Source: a virus (Duplodnaviria > Caudoviricetes). Taken from it: DNA of 64,000 nt. A program made the translations under genes and the position numbers. The stretch is from the IMG/VR virus record IMGVR_UViG_3300021256_000076, positions 35,340 to 99,339 of that record. One strand, given 5' to 3'. Shown piece by piece: positions 29,960-38,100 of the stretch; position 1 is the first letter of the stretch, and every line of letters begins with the position of its first letter. Below the pieces are notes generated by a model. That model worked only from the letters and a program-made list of their open reading frames with translations, had not been told where the DNA came from and did no database searches.

Positions 29960-30454
29960 CTACACTGTTGGATTAGCTGCTTTCTGTCTAAGCAAGGCAA
30001 GTGCCTCTGCAAGCTGGTTCTGCATGCTCTCCACCTGACCTCTCAGTTCTTTGACGGCATTGTCATTGGCAATCTCAGGATTGAGCTCACCAAGGGCCTG
30101 CTTGTACTGGGGAATCAATGCCTCATGCACACTCTTGCTGTTCACTATGTTCTCACTCTCCTGAAGCTTTGCCTTCAGGTAGTTGGTGAGGGAGTCCTTG
30201 CTGTCTGACAGGACAAATGTGTTAGGGCCGAAGTCTGCAATGGCATTGTTTACAGGAATCTCCTTGTATTCCTTCCTCTCACCATTCACATTAGCCACTA
30301 TGTCCAACACCATCTCTGGCAACTGGCCAAATGTATTTTGCATAAATCTGGGTCTGGGTATTGATACTGAGTCAACAGTAGCATTGAATACCTTTATTCC
30401 GTCCTTAGTGTCCAACCCATAGAGAACACTGCCTTTGCTTAGATTTGAAAACAT
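29960..30454 (-). CDS. hypothetical protein (beta N-domain plus coiled coil)
   Basis: 164 aa; starts MFSNL.KG..LY and ends in heptads. Confidence 0.75.
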   Translation of the reverse strand: MFSNLSKGSVLYGLDTKDGIKVFNATVDSVSIPRPRFMQNTFGQLPEMVLDIVANVNGERKEYKEIPVNNAIADFGPNTFVLSDSKDSLTNYLKAKLQESENIVNSKSVHEALIPQYKQALGELNPEIANDNAVKELRGQVESMQNQLAEALALLRQKAANPTV

Positions 30455-30456
30455 GA

Positions 30457-30879
30457 TTAACTACTCTTTTTAACGGTTCTCATTAAATTATTAGGATCTT
30501 CAGCATTAGTTGTACCTGCTGAAGCATTCTGAGTTGCAGCTGCTGGCAGTGAGCCAATCAGCTGAAGGGTATCTGCCCACCTGTCAAAGTAGACAAGGTA
30601 TATACCTACACCAGGCAAGTCAGCTACTGTGACATTGGCACCTCCAGCAACTGTCACATTGCTAGTGGTTCCTGCCATAGAGAACTGGATTGGCAAGGTT
30701 GTTGTAGTACCATCAGGGATGACCTCTGATATGTATACCAGAATCAATCCTCTGAATGGTCTTCCATCAAAGTCTGGAGCAAACTTGAATGTCACTCCAG
30801 TATCTGACACCACAACTGCCCTTGTCTTTATTGAGGGGATACCGTTGATGTTCACATACTGCCAAGGAAATCTAGCCAT
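30457..30879 (-). CDS. hypothetical beta-rich protein
   Basis: 140 aa; preceded by AAAGGAGGTGAG. Confidence 0.75.
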   Translation of the reverse strand: MARFPWQYVNINGIPSIKTRAVVVSDTGVTFKFAPDFDGRPFRGLILVYISEVIPDGTTTTLPIQFSMAGTTSNVTVAGGANVTVADLPGVGIYLVYFDRWADTLQLIGSLPAAATQNASAGTTNAEDPNNLMRTVKKSS

Positions 30880-30898
30880 AGCTCACCTCCTTTCAGTA

Positions 30899-31870
30899 TT
30901 AGCCCCAATAACTCTGGCCACCAAAGCCATAGCCCCAAGGATTACCCATGCATGGAGTAGCATTTACAGCTGTAAGATTAGGGTAAATTACAGGAGTTGT
31001 AGCAGGCTGCTTGGCAGCAATAGCATCAATCTTGTCATCCAAAGCTGTAAGAGCCTTGTTCAGAGCTAATGTCTGCTGATCATTGGAAATTTGGCCACGG
31101 AGCTGTGTGATAATGTCACTCTGAGTGTCAATCTTGGACTGCAGCTCACGCTCCTTCAAAGCACAGAACTGATTGTCCATTGCAACTGTCTGGGCATTGA
31201 TGGCATTCAGGATAGCATTTGCATTTCTGTCTGCCTGTGTAGAGAGAGTGTTAGTCTGTTGACAAACGGCAAGCTGGTCTGCACTTTCAATGTTAGCCAT
31301 CTGAAGCTGTGTAGCAGCATGGTTCTGAGCACTCTGCAGCTGTGTTGCAGCATAGTTGTTAGCAGCCTGAGACTGCAATGCATTGGTCTGCTGTGCAAGG
31401 TCATAGCGCATATTGCAGCAGCACTCACACAATTGTCTGCTAAGGCCAGCATCACCCATAGCAATGGCATTCTGTGTCTGTGCAGCAGTAAGGCCAACAT
31501 TTGCTCCTACTTGGTTGATTCCATTCTGAAGTGCAAAGATGCCATTCTTTATAGTCTCAACACCTGTGTTAGTAATGTTAGCAAGCTGCCCAAGAGCATC
31601 AGCCCTACCATTAATAGCCTGTAGTAGTAAATCACGACCTTCTGAGTTGCTAATCTGATTAGCGAGGTAGCCTGTACCATTGTTGCCGCCAAAACCATTG
31701 CCACCCCAGCCATTGTTGCCCCAGATGAGCCAGAGGAACAGAATCCAAATCCAATTGCCATTGCCGCCAAAGCCACCATTGTTCTGCAAAGCAAGCAGAA
31801 GGTTGGGGTCAATGCCTGAAGCCTTTGCCATAGCATCTGGAAAAACATAAACACCTTCGTTATTTGCCAT
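30899..31870 (-). CDS. Gly/Asn/Trp-rich membrane-anchored coiled-coil protein with CECCC motif
   Basis: GGFGGNGNWIWILFLWLIWGNNGWGG segment, Q/N/A-rich helical body and CECCC. Confidence 0.8.
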   Translation of the reverse strand: MANNEGVYVFPDAMAKASGIDPNLLLALQNNGGFGGNGNWIWILFLWLIWGNNGWGGNGFGGNNGTGYLANQISNSEGRDLLLQAINGRADALGQLANITNTGVETIKNGIFALQNGINQVGANVGLTAAQTQNAIAMGDAGLSRQLCECCCNMRYDLAQQTNALQSQAANNYAATQLQSAQNHAATQLQMANIESADQLAVCQQTNTLSTQADRNANAILNAINAQTVAMDNQFCALKERELQSKIDTQSDIITQLRGQISNDQQTLALNKALTALDDKIDAIAAKQPATTPVIYPNLTAVNATPCMGNPWGYGFGGQSYWG

Positions 31871-31931
31871 AACTTTTAATTTTTAATTTGTTAAACATAA
31901 ATTGATAAACACTTCATCAACGTTGATGGTG

Positions 31932-31971
31932 CAAAGTTACGACAATAAAAAGGGGCTTACTAACAATGCCA
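31932..31971 (-). promoter_or_regulatory. promoter: -7 box TAACTTTG plus upstream TGGCATTGTT element
   Basis: -7 box at 31932-31939; 10-mer at 31962-31971, shared with the promoter at 32897. Confidence 0.7.
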
Positions 31972-32019
31972 GAAAACAAAAGAACCTGCTAACAATCAAC
32001 TAGTTAATAGGTTCAGATG

Positions 32020-32259
32020 TTACTTGTTATTCTTCCTTCCAAAGAATCCTTTTATATCCACTCCACTTGACAATAGATTGGCAAGGACATTGCGGATGAA
32101 ATCCTCTTCATTCTCTCTATTATACCTAGCATGATGAAAGTTAATCACATCACATATCTGATGAAGCATGATGTTATTCTCATGGGTCTCCTCCATAATT
32201 CTCTCCATGCACCCAAACAGATAGTCTTCATCTTCTACAGTCATAGCCATATAATGCAT
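32020..32259 (-). CDS. hypothetical protein
   Basis: 79 aa; ETHENNIML..I and DFIRNVLANLLS. Confidence 0.65.
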   Translation of the reverse strand: MHYMAMTVEDEDYLFGCMERIMEETHENNIMLHQICDVINFHHARYNRENEEDFIRNVLANLLSSGVDIKGFFGRKNNK

Positions 32260-32264
32260 TTAAT

Positions 32265-32358
32265 AAATCCTCCTGCTACTGCACTCCTGTGGAATTATCC
32301 AGTGGACTGTCGCCTTTTCATGAATGAGGCTCAGGGATTCAGGCAGGAGGAATCCCTA
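32265..32358 (-). promoter_or_regulatory. candidate pseudoknotted cis-regulatory RNA in the leader of 32020-32259
   Basis: 8-bp hairpin whose loop is complementary to the downstream GCAGGAGG; two further internal hairpins. Confidence 0.45.
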
Positions 32359-32502
32359 CTATAATCCCTTTTTCGGGTTGTTTCTATCAAGATAATTCCT
32401 CACCTCAGGGATAGACCTCATCTTCTGAAGAGCCTCTATTACCTGTTTCCTTGATGCACCTGTGATGTGTGCAAGCTGATTAATCACTGCATCCTGTTTC
32501 AT
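32359..32502 (-). CDS. small helical protein (47 aa)
   Basis: Manual translation MKQDAVINQLAHITGASRKQVIEALQKMRSIPEVRNYLDRNNPKKGL; ATGA overlap with the upstream gene. Confidence 0.55.
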   Translation of the reverse strand: MKQDAVINQLAHITGASRKQVIEALQKMRSIPEVRNYLDRNNPKKGL

Positions 32503-32870
32503 ACTGGTACTGCATATACCTGTTCTTCATGAGAACCATCCTCCTTTACCTTGAAATCATCTTCCTCAAGCTGCTTCTTCAAGGTATCAATGCTTGATGG
32601 AGAACCAAAACTAGAAGAACTTGTGAATATACCAGACATAAGCAGAGGCCACATTGCACTGCTCATATCAAAAGTACTGCCCTCCTTGTCATAGATTCCC
32701 TTGGTAAGGGAGTTAAGGTACATCTCAAGAGCAATCCTTCTCTGCCCAATGATGTTCTTCTCAGATGGTGAGAGGGTATAATACTCCTCGCTGTTGATGA
32801 ACTCCACTAACTCCACAAGCTTTGACTTGGTCTCTGCCTGTTCTTTCTTCAATGATTCAATATCCTTCAT
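32499..32870 (-). CDS. crAss001_48-like helical hairpin protein
   Basis: L..EQ.E...KL.EL.EFI.S..Y..LS..EK.....Q..A.EMYL..L pattern. Confidence 0.6.
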   Translation of the reverse strand: MKDIESLKKEQAETKSKLVELVEFINSEEYYTLSPSEKNIIGQRRIALEMYLNSLTKGIYDKEGSTFDMSSAMWPLLMSGIFTSSSSFGSPSSIDTLKKQLEEDDFKVKEDGSHEEQVYAVPV

Positions 32871-32896
32871 AACCTTGTTTATTTAATTAGACAATG

Positions 32897-32936
32897 CAAA
32901 GGTATGAAGAATACAGGAATATATAAAACAATGCCA
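32897..32936 (-). promoter_or_regulatory. promoter: -7 box TACCTTTG plus upstream TGGCATTGTT element
   Basis: -7 box at 32897-32904; 10-mer at 32927-32936. Confidence 0.7.
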
Positions 32937-32985
32937 ATTTATCTGGTAATGTGTTAAGGGATAATGGATTATGGAGTAAAGACAT

Positions 32986-32993
32986 TACCTTTG
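32986..32993 (+). promoter_or_regulatory. divergent -7 promoter box
   Basis: TACCTTTG 8 nt upstream of the ATG at 33002. Confidence 0.6.
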
Positions 32994-33001
32994 CCTCCAT
33001 C

Positions 33002-33094
33002 ATGGATAGATATTTCAAAGGAATAAAAAGAAACCTATTATACAATCTGATAGCAGGAATCATAATCCTGCTCTTGGCTTGGCTTATATTATAA
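33002..33094 (+). CDS. 30-aa single-TM peptide
   Basis: MDRYFKGIKRNLLYNLIAGIIILLLAWLIL directly behind its own promoter box. Confidence 0.55.
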   Translation: MDRYFKGIKRNLLYNLIAGIIILLLAWLIL

Positions 33095-33185
33095 GAAAGA
33101 CAGCCCACATTCTCATGCAAGCTGCCTCCGCTAAACAAATTACTTATATAACTAACCTAAAACAATTATAATGAAAAACATGTTA
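33095..33185 (-). ncRNA. candidate 3'-UTR-derived sRNA ending in a terminator hairpin
   Basis: Minus strand TGTTTTTCAT...TTTTAGGTTAGTT...GGCAGCTTGCATGAGAATGTGGGCTGTC-TTTCTT. Confidence 0.45.
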
Positions 33186-33252
33186 TATGCTATATAAAGT
33201 ACTGTCGATATGTTTGTCATATTGCGAACATTAATACGTTAAATTCCTAATC

Positions 33253-33816
33253 TTATCTTACATAGGGGAACACAAGCTTCTCAGGATAGCCCTTGGTGAT
33301 GTCATAGGCAATTACTCCGTCAGCATTCTCAATAGCACTTACTTCTGACTTGTGTCCTTCAGTCACATTGAGAGCGTCACCTGCATATACCTCTACGGCT
33401 ACAAGCATCTGTTTCCATGCGCTGATGGGGAAGGAGAACTCCTTGCCTCCGAACCACTTTGACATGGAATCCCTGCCTATTGCCTCATTGGCACTTATCT
33501 GCGTTGCAAGCTGCTGTCTCTCTGCCACAGTAAGCCACATCTGTATGTCACCGAGGTAGAAGGAGTTCACATTATCACTCTTGTCATAGTCCTCAATCTG
33601 GCTAATCCTGTACTCCTTGATGTCAGGAAGGGCAATGGCCTTGATTTCCTCAACATTATCACTCTGTGTCTCTACTTCTACCATCACAGCCATGTACTGG
33701 ATGTTCTCACCATAAGGCCTCTCTGACTGGTCAAAGTAGAAGTTCACCTTGTTACTGTCAATACGTTCCGTCTGAGGAAACTGCTCTGACTCTCTTATTA
33801 TCTGTATTGCTTTCAT
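33253..33816 (-). CDS. DUF4376-like tail-fibre-associated protein
   Basis: I.DYD.S.NVNSF...MWL...R, E.YA.DA.NVTE.H and YDITKGYP motifs. Confidence 0.75.
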   Translation of the reverse strand: MKAIQIIRESEQFPQTERIDSNKVNFYFDQSERPYGENIQYMAVMVEVETQSDNVEEIKAIALPDIKEYRISQIEDYDKSDNVNSFYLGDIQMWLTVAERQQLATQISANEAIGRDSMSKWFGGKEFSFPISAWKQMLVAVEVYAGDALNVTEGHKSEVSAIENADGVIAYDITKGYPEKLVFPYVR

Positions 33817-33832
33817 ATCTGTATTGGTTTAA

Positions 33833-34711
33833 TTAGTGAAAAAGAATAAGCCCTGCGACAGAATAAGCAGTCGACGCACTGGTAAAGGACGCATAGCCGC
33901 AGTCATTCGCAAAAGCAGCATTATTTGCACTAACAATGTCTCTTAGCCAAGGATACTCATCTCCAAATATATCTGTATACTTATAGTGTTTAAACACTTC
34001 TAATTGTTGGCATGCTTCTCCAGTATCATATCCACTTGAACTCCATACAATACTACCATAAACTTGTATCTCTGAAAGAGCGCTTATATACTCGTTGGAA
34101 TAAGCCCATTCAGATGAACATCCTGAATTAAAACCTAATCTATTATATCTTTCACTATCTACATAGCTACTCAATAGTTTATTATGAGCTATCAAATTAG
34201 ATGCACCCAAGTCTGTTCGTGCTAATGGTAATACCGTGTTTTTCAAATAATAATGAAGGTCGCAGTTTAAATACCCAGCACCACGGCTATTTTCTCCAGT
34301 ATAAGTATTTCCGCTTTTGTTCCACTTTTGTGTTGTATGCGGTATTACAATAAGACCAACATGATTAACAGTTGCTGTATCCGAATTAGTTCCTTTCATG
34401 CAATTTAATCCTGCAATCACATACGTATGCCCGTTTATTGTTTTTTGGTCTCCTACTTTTAATCCATACTTTTCAAGGTTCTGGTCTGCTACGGCCTGTT
34501 TCAGCACATTAAGGTCAAAGTCAGTGAGCCTTGTGTGCCTTGTGAGGGCATCCACCTGTGCCTTTGTATAGAAGGAGTCTGTAGAAGCCTTCTGTGACAT
34601 TACGGCTGTTGTTGACTGTCCAGTGGCCTGTACTACCTCATTCTGCACAACATTGACACCGACAACAGTCTGATAGTTGCCGTTCTCGTCCTTGTATTTT
34701 AATACTGCCAT
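33833..34711 (-). CDS. tail-associated receptor-binding protein (DUF6273/CLec-like C-terminus), probable DGR target
   Basis: VVQATGQSTTAVMSQKA fibre motif; LSEIQVYG and WLRD...F...G.A...AS....V C-terminus. Confidence 0.65.
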   Translation of the reverse strand: MAVLKYKDENGNYQTVVGVNVVQNEVVQATGQSTTAVMSQKASTDSFYTKAQVDALTRHTRLTDFDLNVLKQAVADQNLEKYGLKVGDQKTINGHTYVIAGLNCMKGTNSDTATVNHVGLIVIPHTTQKWNKSGNTYTGENSRGAGYLNCDLHYYLKNTVLPLARTDLGASNLIAHNKLLSSYVDSERYNRLGFNSGCSSEWAYSNEYISALSEIQVYGSIVWSSSGYDTGEACQQLEVFKHYKYTDIFGDEYPWLRDIVSANNAAFANDCGYASFTSASTAYSVAGLILFH

Positions 34712-34717
34712 AGTCTT

Positions 34718-35044
34718 TTACTTTTTATGATTGAACAATTCATAGAACCTGTCTATGATACTACTTACGCACTTCCAGTCATACAGGCCATTTGATGCTC
34801 CACCTGCCAATGCTCCAGATGCAGCTGCCATCAAGTAGTCCCAGCCACCATAGCCGAAGGAAAGCACACCTGTGGCACATAGGATGATACCTGTGACAAT
34901 CGGGATAGCCCATGAGATGATGTGCTTCACTGTCTTGTTCTGCACATTAGCCAGTGCATTAACCAAACCTGTGAGTACAGAGCTGCCAGAGATGATACCC
35001 ACTCCAATTACAATCTGTTTTACTACTTCAAGAAATACTTCCAT
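34718..35044 (-). CDS. holin-like membrane protein
   Basis: 108 aa, about 3 TM segments, GALAGGASNGLYD motif. Confidence 0.65.
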   Translation of the reverse strand: MEVFLEVVKQIVIGVGIISGSSVLTGLVNALANVQNKTVKHIISWAIPIVTGIILCATGVLSFGYGGWDYLMAAASGALAGGASNGLYDWKCVSSIIDRFYELFNHKK

Positions 35045-35073
35045 AATCTTTATTACTTAATTTTTATCTTTGT

Positions 35074-35102
35074 AAAGACAGCCGCCGAAGTGGCTGTCTT
35101 TT
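35074..35102. terminator. hairpin/terminator downstream of the tail-fibre gene
   Basis: AAAGACAGCCGCCGAAGTGGCTGTCTTTT; cUUCGg loop on the minus strand. Confidence 0.7.
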
Positions 35103-35124
35103 GTACCGAGTTTTTACAATAACT

Positions 35125-38100
35125 CTATGCAAACAAATCAAGCAATTTCTGTTGCGCCTGAGACACATCCATTTCAGATAGTTTTAACTCTCCAAATGAT
35201 ATAGTATTCTTTCTTGTTACCATATACAACTTATTATTAGAAGTAGTCATTGCGTAATACTGCCCCATTTGATAATATGTAGAAATTATTCTTGTCGGAA
35301 CATTCTTTCCAACATAATTACTTGTGGAAACTTCTGATATGTTGAAGTAGTGCCTGCTATATTCATGTATTGTATTTGCAAGATATAGTTTACTATTATA
35401 CACGAAGAACCAAGGTCTTGAATTTCCATCAGCTATCTTTGTAGGATTACTCCATGTACCGTTGCTTAAATTGTAATATCCAAGCATTAAATATGGAATA
35501 CCATAGTTCTGCCTGCATGCCACATAGAGTTTTCCGTCAAACACTATTGAAGCTATTTCTGCCTCTCCATTTTCATTAAACGGAATGCAGCTTACAAATG
35601 TATAGTTTACAAAGTTTGAGGTCTTAACAATCATTCCTGTATTACCCTTACCTCCTGAGCATATAAGCGTAGCATAATACTCGTTATTATAGATACTCCA
35701 CTCTGAAACGAGTTCTATAATATTATTTGTAACAGGAACTACATTATAACCTTCTTTGATATAAATTGTATTAATTGTGTTGATTGTGAAATCAAGGGAA
35801 TCGCTGCCATAGGAAATTGTAGATGCCTGTTTGCTTGTGATAGTATCAGTAGTAGTATCAAAAGCGGCAACAAACATCCTTGCGGCATTTTCTTCCTCCG
35901 TTATGAACATGAACGGAATATAGATAATGTCACCAACAAGACACATAGAATTGTCTTTGAAGATTGATTTTGCCTGATAATTGGCAAAAGTATCTCCTAA
36001 TTTTCCAATCTCAAATATATCAACGTCTGTTGAAGGGTTGAAATTATCAGAATTAAAATCAGACAAAGAGAACTTGGCTAACACAACAGAAGATGTAGTA
36101 GAGTACGTCCCTTCGCCGTCATCACCAGTGTTTTGCAGATAACTAAGGTAAACAATCCCATCCTTGATAATCATCTGCGGCATGTGTGCAAACTGAATAA
36201 CATTTGTAGTTACTCTCTTTAGAACCGTGTCAGTATTGTTCTTTGCAGAATTATACATAACAGCAAGCTGGCTATAGAAATTAGCACCATTATTTGCAAT
36301 AAACTTCTCTACTCCATATTGAAGAGCATCCAATTCTATATCAGTTTCTTCTGTTAGAGAATTATCAAGTCTTATCCTGACATTAGTAACAGAAACTAAG
36401 TCTGTAAATCTGACAGCATTTAAATTATCTGTTAGTACGATGCTATACCAACCTACTGGAGCATGAAGTCTATACACCTGCTGTCCACTTTGATATATCA
36501 GACTAATTGAACATTCTCTATCAATAGTTATCACTATTTTTTCCCCTGTTGACGCTGTAAAATCAATATTTTCGTTTGATGTTAAAGAGGCTGTCTCGAC
36601 TTTGCCTAATATGCGTCCATCTGTATAGTCTTCTGCATCTTGTAGATATTGAGAAGCAGTCTTTCTTTTTATAGTAACAGTTGTTGGGGTATTTACAATA
36701 TCAGTAATTCTTATTACCTGAGCGTCTCTTGGTATTGTGTATTCATTTGTTCCAGCAGCCACATTACGTTTAATATTGTACTGAGTATTATTTGATATAT
36801 AGCTAAATGAACATACACCATCATTTGTGATGATGATACTGTCCCCAGCTGCAATTTCAAAAGGTATGTTTGTCGCTTGTTTAATTTCTCTTGTTACGAT
36901 TTCACCAGCAACACCTTGAATTAATTCTACGGTATCCTTTATAGCGTTATTCCATTCAAAATTTGAAAGGACATTAACCACCTCTGATGCAGCCTTTTCC
37001 ATCCCCTTTTTTGTGGGATTCCTTTGATAGTTATCATACCCAATTATATTGACAATCGGTATATTGTAATGTTCTGCAATAGAGACCAGGGAGTTTTTAT
37101 AACTATCCGCCATATCAAAAGCTAATAATACTACTTTAGTGGTAGCGAAATCTCTCTGTATAAGTTTTATACCCTTAATAAACGCTTCCCTGAATTTGCT
37201 TTCATCCAGATTGCTAATTTCACTGTCGTAATTATAATTACCAAGGGGGACGTTTTCAGTAGAATCGTTTGTTCCAAGGGCAATAAACAGATAATCGGGA
37301 GTATTTGAAAGTGCAGAAATTCTATCACACAAAGAAGGTCTGCCATCTGTGCGATAGTTTGTAGCACAAGAACCACTCCACGAAAGGTTTTCTACCAATT
37401 CATTATTATTTCCACTATCTAAAAGCAGTTTCCACCACATACTCCCTACACAAGTCACATTAACTCTTGAATCAGGATAATATGCAGCATAACCGCTTGG
37501 CATGGTTCCTTTAAACGTGGAGATGGAATCACCTATAATAGATACAGAACCTTTTATGACAGAATTACATCTTAAAGCATTAATAACATTATCATATTTA
37601 ACTTTTTGTAATGATATTGTTATAGGTGCTGTAAAATCTGCGATGCGTATATATTCAATGTTTTTTTCTGCCTTATAGATATATGTACCAGCATTCGTGA
37701 AAGTCTTTATGACCTCCTGAACTCCGTTTGATATTACACTGAAGCCAAATCCCTTGTCTGTTGTTATTGACATAACTTCGCCTTTTGCCAATTTTACAGG
37801 TATGTTGGTATTTGAGGATAGCGTAACTTCTTTACCAAAAATTGAAGCATTAAACTCAGTATTAAGCACGGTTATACTTTCATCAATCGAACTTAACATC
37901 AAGCTGTTTATGGAAATAATATCCCTATAATTGTCTTCAATGGTTCCGTTATCATTTCTGCCTAATGAAATCAGAATGAGATTATCCCTCTCATTGTTTC
38001 TGCAAAAAGTATCAATATTACTTGCAGTATATGATATGAATTTCCCAACGCTGTTGTACTTGCAAGCAGAAACTGCCCTATAATTAGAATTGAGCACATA

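Noticed and set aside
32265-32358. Assignment to a known self-cleaving ribozyme class (hammerhead, HDV/theta, pistol, twister)
   Set aside because: The conserved catalytic cores were not found; retained only as an unassigned structured element.
35065-35072. Plus-strand TATCTTTG box pointing antisense into the tail-fibre gene
   Set aside because: It is immediately followed by a terminator hairpin with no ORF; it may be chance in AT-rich DNA.
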